A DNA stretch of 64,000 bases from Narcine bancroftii (lineage: Eukaryota), in assembly GCF_036971445.1 (NCBI RefSeq), contig NW_027212023.1, positions 124,001-188,000 on the forward strand, read 5' to 3'. The position numbers and the translations under genes were made by a program. This document shows positions 1 through 12,915 of this stretch, piece after piece. The first letter of the stretch is position 1; every line of letters starts with the position of its first letter. The notes under the pieces were generated by a model, which was not told the origin of the DNA, searched no databases, and worked only from the letters and a program-made list of their open reading frames with translations.

Positions 1-3000
1 AACAGTGTTCTCTAGTCCTCGGTGCAAAACATGCAGACACACAACCAGACATAATGCACGTACAGATGAACAATACACATGTAGGACAAGTATTCATATA
101 TACAAATAAATAAATACTGTTTCATGACTAAGAGAGTTTCGGATGGAGAGTGCGAATAGTTCCTTTGATGGTTCAGCATTCTCACTGCCCATTGGAAGAA
201 TCTGTTCCTCAGCTTGGTGGTACTGGCTCAGATACTCCTGTATCTCTTCCCTGACGGGAGCAGCTTAAAGATACAATGTGCAGGATAGAAGCGGTCCTCA
301 ATAATTTTTGCACACCCTCTTCAGAAAATGATCCCAGTAGATCGTGTCAATGGGGGTCAATGATCCTCTCTGCTGTTCTTACGGTCCTGTGGATTGACCT
401 CTGATCCATTTCTCCGCAGCAGTGTACTACACCGTGATGCAGCCGGCCAGGATGCTCTCGATAGAGTTCCTATGGAAGATTGCTATAATGGTGGCTGGTA
501 GCCTTGCTCACTTCAGTCTTCATGGGAGGTACAGGTGCTGTTGCACCTTCCTGACAAGTGAGGAGATGTGTGTCCACTAGTTAAGTGAACTCCAAGGATC
601 TGGCATCTGGCATGCCAGCGAGCTACAAATTATACCCCAGCTACAGGAAAAACAATCCAATTCCACATACTGACTGGCATTAAATTTGATCTCCTTCCAC
701 AATAGAGAAGCAGATTGTCCAAGGAACTTGTCCCCAGCAGTTCTGCAATACCTCAGTGTACAGCAGGAGTGTATGCGTGCTTGCCATGACCCCTCCAGGA
801 ACAGGGTGAAGTTCACATTTATCGTTTTGTGTACCGAGGTACAGTGTGAAGGCTCGCTTTGCGTGGTGTCCAGCAGGTCTATCCATGCACAGTACAGCAG
901 GGTATAGCAAAGTTAAAGCAAGAGATCAGTTTGAACGGAGCAAGGGCTAGTGTGAGGTTTGTTCAGTAATAGTGGGAAATTGGGCGTTAATCCCAATGCA
1001 AGCTCATACCACTGTTGAAGCACTTTATCCACTAAAAAGATTTTCCTTACCCATCGCCAAATCCAGGAAGAAAGAGAATTCATTACACACCCGTGGGGTG
1101 TAATGCTCAGCTGGCTAACACACGGACTTCAGCCCCCTATTAATGAGACTCACTCAAGCAACTATTCACAGCTCTGCTACTGAAAATCAAGTTCAAGCAA
1201 TCACTTCAGACAGGTGATGGGGGAAATGAAAGCCAATATTTCATCATTGAGAATATTAAGGAAATCCACATTTGAGCAATTCTAAAGGCGGAAGTAACTA
1301 CCAGAATCCTCGCAGATTGCTTCATCCACCGAGTTCTCTAGATTATACGGCTGACTGGCTGACCTCTGCTGCGCCATTTTCTTTGTGGATTTTACTGGCT
1401 TTCTGGCGCTCCAATTCAGAGACCACTCTGGACATGGGACTGCTCGCTCTTCTCAAGCAACTTGGGCAGCAGGGTTAGCGCAACGTTGTTACAGCACCAG
1501 CGATCGGGACCCGGGTTTGAATCCTGCGCTGTCTGTAAGGAGTTTGTACGTTCTCCCCGAGTCTCCAAGTGCTTCGGTTTCCTTCCACCAGTCAAAAGGT
1601 ACCGGGGGTTGTTGGTCAATTGGATGTGATTGGAAGCTTATGGGGCCAAGCGGGCCTGTTGCCGTGCTGTATGTCTAAATTTCTTTTTAAAAACTTATGT
1701 ACAGTTGTCCCAGACAGTGATTCTGGGATGAGAGTTGAGTCCAACTCCCAGCTGGGGAGATACCCTGGGCCTTGACCTTTTACTTGTTGTATCATTGCTG
1801 ATGTGAAGTTATTCAGTGCAGAACAAAACAAATCCAAGGATCAAACAAATGCCTTGTTTGGATTACTGGAGTGGTTTTAAACCTTCACACTCTCTTAAAC
1901 ATTTACATATATTTCCTTTGATTACTTATGTAATCATTATGTACAGTGTATTGTGCATAATGTTTTTTAGTGTGTACACTGTGGTCTGGAGGCACTGTTT
2001 CATCTGGTTGTACATGTACAATCAGATGGTATTAAACTGAACTTGAACTCATAAAACAATAGCACTATACAGGCTCTTCAGCCCTCAATGTTGTGCCGAC
2101 CCATATATTCCTTCCTAAAAAGAAGCACTAAACCCTCCCTATCCCATAACCCTCTATTTTTCTTTCATCCATGTGTCTGTCTAAGAGTCTCTAAACACCC
2201 CCAATGTTTCAGCCTCCAGCACCATCCCTGGCACAACTTATCTCATGAATAAAAAGATCAGGTGGTGTCATTAAAGTAACCAATTAGCAATTGAAATGTA
2301 GAAATCACTGGGTTAGAAACTAACATTTGCTCAACTCTGACAGCTGCCAGTGTTGATTCTTATGTTCTCCAAGATTGTGTTGGTCAATAAAAGATACCTG
2401 CCCCCCCCCCATTAGAAACCCTGATAACATGACTGATGGAAGACCCAAGAGAAAAAGGCCAAGACGGTCTCTCCATTTGGAACCATAACAAATCAACCTC
2501 CATTCCTGTACCCAAGTTGGGACAGAGTGCAATCCCAAGTTCAAGGTTCAAATTTATTGTCAGAGTACATACAGCACATGACATGCAAACAAATAAAGAA
2601 ATGTAAGCCAACCGCAATACAGAAAGAAAAAAAAAATCAAGTGCAAATGTAAGAGTCCATAAATGGGTCTCTCATTGAGTTTTGTCATTGAGGAGTCTGA
2701 TGATGGAGGGGTAACAGCTGTTGCTGAACTTGGCGGTGCGAGTCTTGGTCATCGATACCTCTTTCTTATAGCAGCAGCGAGAACAGAGCGTGTGCTGGCT
2801 TGGTTTGGATCCTTGATGATTGTTGCTGCTCTCCCAACGGCAGCGTTCCCTGTAGACGTTCTCAACGGTGGGGAGGGTTCTGCCCGTGATGTCCTGGGCT
2901 GTATTTGACCTGCTGAGTTGGTCCAGCATTGTGTTGTTTATTCAATGACAGCGTCCACAGACTTTCAAGTTTTACTCGCATTACGGGAATGGATCAATGG

Positions 3001-6000
3001 TCAATCGTCTAAAATATTACGCATGCAACACACAAACCGGGAGAGGTTCAGCAGGTCAGGATAGAAATGGTCAGTCAACACTTTGTGTCAAAACCCCTCA
3101 TCGAGACCACCCAGATCCAAACTGTTAACTGTTCATTTCTATTACTTGCTAAAGGTTCCTGTATCTAGTTTTTTTTTATTTGTGTTTTGAGGTCTGAGGA
3201 TAAAATTGTCACGACATTGCCATCCAATCCATTTTCTTGTAATACAGCTGGGCCATTTTAACAGCTGATATTTGAAGTAACTTAAAACAAACTAAAATGT
3301 TATTTGACAGGAAGCATTTATAAACATGTTATTTATGAACAGCCAACCAAGGCCACTGTAAGATAAAATATGTATATGTTTAGAATTAGCTCTGGAAACA
3401 GAAACCCTCATCAAGTTTATGGACATATGTTTAAAAGGGCCCTAAACTTCAGGACTAGAGATCCATCTGCTGGAAGATGCAGTCATGTTATCAGGGTTTC
3501 TAATGGGGGGGGGGGGGCAGGTATCTTTTATTGACCAACACAATCATGGATAGCGTAGTGGTTAGTGTTGACTCAACTACAGCGCCAGCGACCTGAGTTC
3601 AAATCCAGCACTGTCAGTAAGGAGTTCATACGTTCTCTCATGTTACCCCCCCCCCCCCCCCCCCAGTGCTCTGGCTTCTTCCCACCCACCAAAAACATAT
3701 ACAGGGTTGGAGGTGTAATTGGGTGGCACGGGTTTAAATGGTTGGAATCTGCTTCATCTGTTCTATAAATATTTTTAAAAATTAAAAATATCTTTAGGCA
3801 CCATGGGCCTCATGGGCTGGAAGGGCCTGTAATGTGAACGCTGCTTATTGCTGGCGGCGGGACTGTCACTGGGATGACATGACAGTTGAGGGCTGGATGT
3901 GCCAGTGTTTGTTTATACACCTTAAGCTCCAACACCAGCTACAAGACTTTTCCTCTTCTCAAGTGATTTGTCCTCAGGAACTAGTGAACAAGCTGCTGGC
4001 AAAAAGCTCTGAAATAACTCCTCGGACAGTATAATGCCACAGAGGTGCAGGGCCGAAACCAAAAGAAAATGGGAGAAATGATGTGTTGAACACACAAGTC
4101 GAGAACAGGCTTGGCCAATTGGTCCCGTTAACCTGAGTGGAATGACCTTCCGGAAGAGGTGGTTGCAGCAGGGTCAATTTTGTCATTTAGGAGAAGGTTG
4201 GATGAGTGCATGGATGTGAGGGGATTGGAGGGTTATGGACAGGGAGCAGGTAGGTGGGAGTAGTGGAGTTCATTTAAATAGGTGTGGACAACAGGGGCCA
4301 AGATGGCCTGTTTCCATACTGTAATTGTTATATGGTTATAACAACCTACTCTGCCATTCGAAAGAAACCATTCTCAATCTTTTGTTGGCTATGGCCCCTT
4401 TAGGCCTCTGATCAAAGTTTATGGTCCCCCTTCCCTGTGAAGCAGTCACGTTTATTCCGTACTCCTCTCCCAAATTTAAAAAAAATTCTGATTTCAGACC
4501 ACGACTCACGTTAAATGTGTTGTCATCCCCCCACCGTGGAGAATGGCGCTCTAAAGTATCAGAGCTGATCCTATCTTGGCCTCAACACTACTTTCACCCT
4601 TCCTTCCATATACACGAGTCCCTTGTATCTGAAATGTCTATCAATCCCCAGCACATTCTATGATTTTGACTCCAGAATTCTGAGGTCGTTCATAATAAAA
4701 ATTCTGAATTCCTCTGCATTCTCATCCGAAAACTGATGACCACTAATTCTGAAACAAAGTCTTCCATTTCAGAATCAGAATTTGTCAAGAGCAAGTCACG
4801 AAATCCATTGTTTTGTGGCAGTATTACAGTGCAAACATTTATATCAACCAATGTACAAAAATAAATAAAAATAGTGCACAAAAGTGCTTGTGGTTCATTG
4901 ATCATTCAGGAATCTGATGGCAGAAGGGAAGAAACTGCCGCTGAGCGCTCACCTTCGGGCTCCTGTACCTTTTTCCCTGATGGCAGCAGAGTGAAGCGGG
5001 CATGGCCTGGGCAGATGGGGGTCCTTGAGAATAATAGTTCCACAAACCATAGGGAAAATATTGTCTCAGCATCCACACCATCAATCCCATTCAGATGTTA
5101 AACCCCAATGAGTTTAAACCCAATCTACTCAATGTCCCTCCTCCATTCCACAAAAAATCTTCTAAACCTTCCCTTCATGGCCTCCAAGACAAATACACCC
5201 TTCCTGATGGATGAAGAATAGAACATGGAGTATTTCTGGTAATAGTCTTGCCAACATCCTGCAAAATTAGATCAAAACATCCTTCCCTTTGTACTCCATG
5301 CCCTATGCAATTAATGCCCAACATTTAATTCACCCTTTTAATTACTTCTCATCTCTACCTACACATTTTGTGTTTCAGGAACCACAGACCCCTTTGTACC
5401 AGATTTTGTCATCAATTCCTTCAACAATTGATACCGTATTTTCCCCTATTACACCCCATCTGCTAATATCTTGCCCAGTCTTTTAACTTAACCACATCCT
5501 CCTCAACACACTGAAATCCTCCCCACACTGACCTCCACCCCATCATCCCAGTCAAATTGTTCAGATAATAGATTGTTGAGACTCCAGCATGGATGGATCA
5601 CATCAATGGGGTGGGGGGGGGTGGGGTGATCCTCTCTCCCCTGTGATCCATTTCTCTGCAGGAACTGTGCCACACTGTGATGCAGCTGGCCAGGACACTC
5701 TTAATAGAACTCCTATAGAAGGTTGACATATTGGTGGCCTTGCCCATTTCAGTCTTCTCAGGAAGTACCGTCGCTGTTCAGTCACAACCTCCCTCCTGGT
5801 GTTCATTTGCTTGGCCTTTCAAGGCGCATGGACAACTAGGCATTTGAATGGCAGAGCATCCTAGTAACAGTCTTCGGCCCACTGAGCTGGCACTCCCCAT
5901 CATATTTGATGCTCCCCGCACTGCCTTCCATTCCCCTTCTCCCCAAGATTCCACACACACAACGTACCATGGCCAGTGGAGCGACCTGCTCTTTTGAAAT

Positions 6001-7224
6001 GTGGGAGGAAACAGCACAGGGAGAAGGTGCAAACTGCACCCAAATAGTAGAGGTCAGAATTGAACCCATGTCACTGGAATTGTGAGGTGCTACATCAGAG
6101 GCTCCTCAAAATAAATCCCCAAAGTATGCATCAAAGATCACCTCATATACATCCAACTTAGTAGAAGGGAGAGGCTGCAATCAAGGAAACAAATGCATAA
6201 ACTCCGTAGAATTATATCATCAACACTACATGCCTACAACTATCTCAGCACTAACTCTCTCATTCACAATTCAGATGCAATGAGAAACTGATTCCTCACA
6301 GGAAGAGCATTTCCATGAACCATTTAAACTCACCCATTGACTTAGCATGTGCTCAATTTCCAGCTTCTCCTGGCATCTAATATGCCAAGGAAGGTCCTCA
6401 GGGGAAACAGGCCCAACATCCTAAGCGATTTGGAAAGATATCGAAGGAAGCATTAAAACTGCAAAGGCAGGCCTTGGGTAAACCATCTGCAAGTAGTTGC
6501 CCCGTTTTGTGGTCTCCCCCGACGGTCAGGGGCTTAAGCGATCATTGCATCCACGCTACCTGCAAGATTCCCCCATGATGTTGCCCACTTACTGCCCAAC
6601 AGATGAACAAGGTGACAATAGAAAAGCAGAATTCAAAGCAATAACAGAGGACCTCACACAATGAGTGCTCCTTCACTGTCAGCAAACCTTGCTCCAAAAA
6701 TCCTACCCACAAGCCTTTGTCAAAGTGCAGTGTGGCAGAGGAAGTTTCTCCAGAATTCCCTGCTGGATAAATTAATTTATATATTTATTTAACATTCACC
6801 CTATCAGTTCTTCTCAATCTTCTCCATTCAGAGTGGTCACCATGCAACTTTCACTAACATAACTGAAGTATAACACCTCAGTTCTACTTTCCTCCAAATG
6901 GTGTTTGCAACCTCCCCATCATTATCCAAACTTTTTTTTTAATATAAAAATGTTTTTTTTTTACCCATTTTATGAGGAAACGGTAAAACAGTGCAAATGC
7001 TACCTTGTGTAGTACGACTTCTCTGTTTTACAGCTCTCTCCCTCAGGGAATCAATTCCATCAGTTGCTATATCTTTATTCAAAATAAATGACAAGGCCTC
7101 ATAAAGTCACATCATTAGCTTCAGAAATATTTTTCCCAGTTCCTCCACCCACTGATATTTAAACACATGGCTGAGGATCCAACAAAAAACTGCATTATTC
7201 CAACTACACAGCAACTTTGTAATA

Positions 7225-7860
7225 GAGAGAGTGGAGAGCACCAAGTTCCTTGGAGTTCACTTAAATAGGGACCTATCATGGACACACATCTTCTCACTTG
7301 TCAGGAAGGCACAACAGTTACTGCACTTCCTGAGAAGACTGAAGCGGGCAAGGCTACTGGCCACCATTATGTCAACCTTCTATAGGAGCTCTATCAAGAG
7401 CATCCTGGCTGGCTGTATCACAGTGTTGCAGAGAAATGGATCAGAGGTCAATCCACAGGACCATAAAAATGGCAGAGAGGATCACTGGAGTCTTCTCCCC
7501 CCCCCCCCACCCATCGATATGACCTAACATTATCTAACAACGAAGAAGGCGTGCAAAATGATTGAGGACCCTTCCACCCTGCTCCCATTGGGAAAGAGAT
7601 AACAGGAGTATCAGAGCCAGCTCCACCAGGCTGAGGAATAGCTTCTTCCCACAGGCAGTGAGAATGCTGAACGACCAAAGGAACTGCTAACACTGACCCT
7701 CTGAGACTCTCATATTCATGAAACAATATTTATTTGTATAGATGAATATGTATTGTTTGTCTGTACACAAGTTATGTCTGCATGTTTTGCATTGAAGACC
7801 GGAGAACTTGGTTTTGTCAAGTTGTACTTGTATAATCAGATGACAATAAACTTGACTTGT
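7225..7860 (+). mobile_element. Rex1/Babar-type LINE 3' fragment (relatives at about 1-590, 2540-2900, 4770-5010, 7945-8530, 9720-10090, 10450-11080, 17220-17755, 29290-29680)
   Basis: KFLGVHLNRDLSW...QQLLHFLRRLKR; shared 3'UTR ending gacaataaacttgacttg. Confidence 0.8.
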
Positions 7861-8818
7861 CCCACACAAATATGACTGCATTATCTCAGTCCCAATGAGT
7901 GCAAACTAATGACATGACATTTCAAAGGATGAGAGTGTTCTACTGAATCAGAATTTATTATCATGACCATGTCATATAATTTGTCATTTTGCATCAGCAT
8001 CACAGGGCAAATATATATAAAAAATAAAAATAGTGCAAGAAAAAGTCAAAGTGAGGCAGTGTCTGTGATTCATTGATCATTCAGGAATCTGATGGCAGCG
8101 GAGAAGAAGCTGTCCTTGTGCCACTAAGTGTCCGTCTTCAGGCTCCTGTACCTTTTTCCCCCCAATGGTACCAATGGTAGCAGAGTGAAGTGAGCATGGG
8201 CTGGGTGGTGGCTTTCTTAAGACACTGCCTCTTGCCCTCGATGGAGTAAAGTCTGGCACGCGTGATGTCGCAGGCCGAGTTAAAAACCCTCTGGAGTTTA
8301 TTCTTGTCCTGAGGGTTGGCGTCTCCGTATCAAACAGCAGTGCAACCAGCCAGAATGCTCTCGTCAGAACACTGTAGAAGTTTTAAACACTCTTCGGTGA
8401 TGTACCAATTTTTCTCAAACTCTTCACTAAGTATAGTTGCTGGCGAGCCTTCCTCATGATTGTGTCGACATGGAGGCACCAGGACAGGTCCTCGCAGATG
8501 TTGACACCCAAGAATTTGAAGTTCTTGAGATGACAATTTAGAAATGGTATAAAAGGAGCAACGGAAAAGCACTGGGATTGGAGCCAGGCGCATCTATTGT
8601 AATCAAAGGGTCCTTCAACCATCACATCATCTTCAGAAACAAATCCTGCTTTCATGCATGGTACCAGGTTGCACGCAACACAAGGAACAAAATTTCCTGC
8701 ACATTTGCCAAAGAGGTCAAGTTTTAATCCCAAAGTCAAATTTAGACCATCCTTCCGGAACAATGGGTTAAATATTCTGCAGCGCATGTCCTCCAGTGGA
8801 AACACAGACATAAGATAT

Positions 8819-9380
8819 TATTACAAGTCCAAAGGACCCATATACCAGCAGAATTAGAAATGCACTACAACCCAAAGGGTTACTTAAACAAAAGTAGTTT
8901 TTAATTATATTTGAACAAGAAAACAGAATTTAATTTCAACTTACTACTTAACCTACTTACTTAACCTACCTAATCTACTTAATCCCCCCCCCCCCCTCTA
9001 ATACAAAGCGCAGGTGTGTGTAATGAGTATTTAAGATTAGAAAAGTTCTTTGGATCACAGTCCAATCTCACTGATTGCAGGCAATTCTTGTACTGTGCAC
9101 AGAAGTTCCAATAACAAAGTTCACCAGGCTTCGATGTTTAACAGGCAAATGGTGACCTCTCAGGAGGGTTCTTGTTGGTTTTCAGAGAGATTCCTTTTCC
9201 AGGACATCCGCACCTCATTCCTTTCCAATCAGTCTTGCTGACGAAACTTGCCCCCTTCAGGGTTCTCCAGATGATCCTCTTTCTTTCGGGTCACCTCAAA
9301 CCACTAGTCTTCTCCTTTGACCAGACAGCCTTCCAAATGTTTGCCAGCTTTGTCCTTCTGGAACTGATTACTGAGTTTCT
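8819..9380 (-). mobile_element. LTR-like element (family B), partial copy
   Basis: Reverse-complement similarity to about 52480-52995 (e.g. CCCCTTCAGGGTTCTCCAGATGAT vs ATCATCTGGAGAACCCTGAAGGGG). Confidence 0.65.
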
Positions 9381-11525
9381 CCTCTCTGTTTCACTCCCTC
9401 CCTCTCTGAGAGCAAAACTGTTCTGAGTTTTCCTGCAAAAATTACATGATCTCCCAGGCAAGCTGTATTCTGCAACATTGTTGTTCATTCTGCAAAAGTC
9501 CTGTGTTTTGAAATGTGTGTGTGCAAGCTGCTCCAGCAATTCCTCCCAAGCCACCTCAAAATACTCTGTTTCCATATCAAAGGGAATCAAAGCAAAACAG
9601 ATGATCTCAGGTTAATGGGAGGTTGGAAAATAATTGTCAAGATGTCAGGAATCTTTATAGAAGAGAAATAACGTGCTAGACCAGCCAAATCCAACTGCCT
9701 GAGCTTAAAGCCCTGCAAAAGGTAATGGACATAGGCCAGGGCATCACAGGCAAAACCCCACAATCAAGAATATCTACAGGGAACGCTGCTGTTGGGGATC
9801 AAGGATCCCACCACCCAGAGCCCATTCTGTTCTCGCTGCAACCATCAGGAAAGAAGTATCAGTGCCACAGGGTGGACTTGCACCACCAGGTTCAGGAACA
9901 GCTGCTACCCCTCCACCATCAGACACCTCAATGACAAACTCAATCAGAGACCCATTGAAGGACTCTCGCTTTGGCACTTAATTGATTTTTTTCCTCTCTA
10001 AATTGCTGTTTGTTTATATTTCTTTGTTTGTTTACATGTGCATGTTGCGTACAGCTTTTTTTTTGCATTACCAGTAAATCGGAAATCTGACTTTCTGGTC
10101 TTACAATAAATAACCTAACCAAGAAATTTACACATACATTGCAATGTTTTTTTTTGTATTCCATGTTTCTTCTCATTTCTACTTTGTTAGCAGAAGTGTA
10201 CTATCAAACAGTCCATGTTCAAGAACTCATTTCCTGCCCCCACAGAATAACTCAGCAAGCAAACATCCATTTGCTCCTTTATATAAAGTCATCTCCATTT
10301 ACCATTTGAGTGTTCAGTCACACAAGGGGGGAATTCCTGGCACCAAAGTACCACTCCCCTATTACACACCAGCAACAATGAAACAGAAAATTCCAATCAC
10401 ATCCACCTAAACAGCACAAAACAATGGCACAGCTCCTGTTCAGTCCTCACACGTCTCACTTGTCAAAAAGGCACCACAACGGCTACACTTCCTGCAAAGA
10501 CTAAAGTGGGCAAGGCTACCGGCCATCATTATGCCACCATTCTATAGGAACTCATTCAAGAGTGTCCTAGCCGGCTGCATCATAGTATGGTAAGGCTGCT
10601 ACAGAGAAATGGATCATAGGTCAATCCACAGGACCATAAGTGTGGCAGGGAAGATCACTGGGGTCACCCTAGCCCCATTCCACATGATCTACCGGGATAG
10701 TTGTCTGAATAGGGCACTCAAAATCATTGATCATCCCTTCCACCCTGCACACAGCATCTTTCAGTTGCTCCCATCGGGAAAGAGATACAGAGCCAGTACC
10801 ACCAGGCTGAGGAACAGCTTCTTCCTTCTTCCCTTGGGGAGTGAGAATGCTGAACAACCAATGGAACTGCTCACATTAACCATTCAAGGCACTCATATTC
10901 ACTAAACAAGATCTATTTATTTATTTGTATTTATTTATTTTTATTTGTCCTGCATATGTATTGTTTATCTGAATGTGTGTTATGTCTGGTTGTGTGTCTG
11001 TGTGTTTTGCACTGAGGACCAGAAAATGCTGTTTCCTCAGGTTCTATCTGTGTAATCGGATGACAATAAACCTGAATTTGAACGTTCAGTGTTGTCATGT
11101 GGAGCTTGCACATTCCAATAGTGACTGCATGCGCCCCCCCCCCCCCACCCGGTTCCCTCTCGCATTTCAAAGATTGCAGCTTGTTGGGTTATTTGTGAAT
11201 TACCGCACAGCGGCCGGTTGGAGAACCCATGGAATGAGGGGCAGAGTGGAGTCAGTGGGCAGGAAATAAGTGGGAGACTGCAAGTTACAGATTGCTCTGT
11301 GGTGAGAGTCTACATGAACTCAATCGACCATGTCGCTTCAATCTCCATCATAACAAAATCAGAGGAAAACTTCAGACCCACCATTTTCCAAGGTTCCCTT
11401 CACGATTTTCATAACACATGCTTATATAATGGTCACAATTCCTCAAAGCTTTGTGAGTTTTCGAAATGTACATCCAGCCATGGATGTGCATCCGATTCTC
11501 TCAACTCATTTCTAAAATCAATTAC

Positions 11526-11682
11526 CTTGGATCACCTCGCAGAAATCCGAGTGGCGATTCCTCTTGGAGGTGAGGGACCGTCTCTGCCTGTAGATCCGGT
11601 GAACATCCCCAATGAATGACGAGTTACTTTTGTGTACAGGTTCTATTGCCAATAGATCATCACCAATTTGGATGTATCCCAA
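11526..11682 (-). CDS. ADAMTS17/19-like metalloprotease, exon 3 (end of prodomain, furin site, Cys-switch-like Cys)
   Basis: ttcccctttttAG acceptor and AAG|GTAAT donor, 157 nt; LGYIQIGDDLLAIEPVHKSNSSFIGDVHRIYRQRRSLTSKRNRHSDFCEVIQ resembles ADAMTS19 MGFIQLNEDFIFIEP...HRVYRQKRS...HYCGII; absent from the ORF track. Confidence 0.9.
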
Positions 11683-12053
11683 CTAAAAAGGGGAAATGAA
11701 TAGAACTGTTCATTGATTAGAAAATCTCCAGTATAATTCATTCATATCTGTGCCAAGTATGACCTTGCAACCTTCTTCAATGGAACCATCAAAGGCTCAA
11801 GACACAACTGGAGAACAATATATATATATTATCATTTAAAAAAGGAGTGCACATCCTCATTTTCTTTGCCCAGCTGCACTGAAATCTAGCAATGCTTGCC
11901 AAATCGGCATACATGCATACAGGCACGTATATATACATAAACATAAAAGGTTGTAGATTCAAAACTCCCTTTGCAACTTTCCCCAGTTCCACCAACAGAA
12001 TCTGTTTCGCTACAAATGAACAATTTGAGGGAGAGAATTAGAGGGGATATTTT

Positions 12054-12312
12054 TGTGGTGGTACATCACTGGCCTACTGCAGGGGGCAACACTTGTACCT
12101 GCAGGAGTGTAAGGGGACAGGACAATACCTGGCTGGCTGTCAATCAGTCCTCCTGAAGGGATCAAACCCCACTTTGGTCGGGTGTCAATCACCTCTGGGA
12201 TATAAGGCTCCCGAAACTCACTCAGTTACTGCAGCTACAGCCAGCCTCTCTGGAAGTCTTTGTGGATTAAACCCTTCTGTGTGAGTCTGATTCTGGCTAA
12301 CAGTGCACCACA
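12054..12312 (+). mobile_element. Solo LTR (family A)
   Basis: TGTGGTG...CACCACA termini, internal TATAA, 5-bp TSD ATTTT; homologous to 54174-54400. Confidence 0.85.
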
Positions 12313-12555
12313 ATTTTGCACAATGCCTCCAGGGTAGACGATTGAAGCAGAGGTCGATTGTTTCAATCCAACCCTCGCAGTGCCCCCCCCACCAACCCCG
12401 TAGGCATGACGGATTTGGGAGTCGGTAATGTGCTGCAGGGTCCCCCCCGCTTCCATGCAGCCAAGTCACTTTCCACGGGTGGCAATAGATGTTGCTGGAG
12501 GATGTTGGAACGCAGGGTGTCCCCGGGCAACACGGGGGATGGGTCCAACGCCACA

Positions 12556-12915
12556 CTCCCGAGCGCGCACGGCGGGACCCTTGTCACCCCTCCGGAGCCT
12601 GCACGACGGGGACCACCCCCACCCCTCCCGGTGCGCGCACGGCGGGACCCTCGTCACCCCTCCCGGAGCGTGCACGGCGGGGACCCCCGTCACCCCTCCC
12701 GGAGCGTGCACGGCGGGGTCCTCCCCCACCCCTCCCGGAGCGTGTACGGCGGGGATCTCCCCCACCCCTCCCGGAGCGTGCACGGCGGGGACCCCCGTCA
12801 CCCCTCCCGGAGCGTGGACGTCAGGACCTCCCCCACCCCTCCCGGAGCGTGGACGGCAGGACCTCCCCCACCCCTCCCGGAGCGTGGACGGCAGGACCTC
12901 CCCCACCCCTCCCAG
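12556..12915. repeat. CpG-rich minisatellite (about 35-39 bp unit) in ADAMTS intron 2
   Basis: About 9 copies of CACCCCTCCCGGAGCGTG(C/G)ACGGC.GG... Confidence 0.9.

Noticed and set aside
8383-8811. 142-aa minus ORF considered as an ADAMTS exon (GFVSEDDVMVEGP)
   Set aside because: The real exon 3 is at 11526-11682; this ORF runs into Rex1/Babar RT sequence
1-11525. ADAMTS exon 4 (catalytic-domain start, ETxVVAD motif)
   Set aside because: Not found by eye; probably left of the window, though a missed exon cannot be excluded
11218-11619. 133-aa plus-strand ORF
   Set aside because: Partly antisense to ADAMTS exon 3, with no recognisable domain
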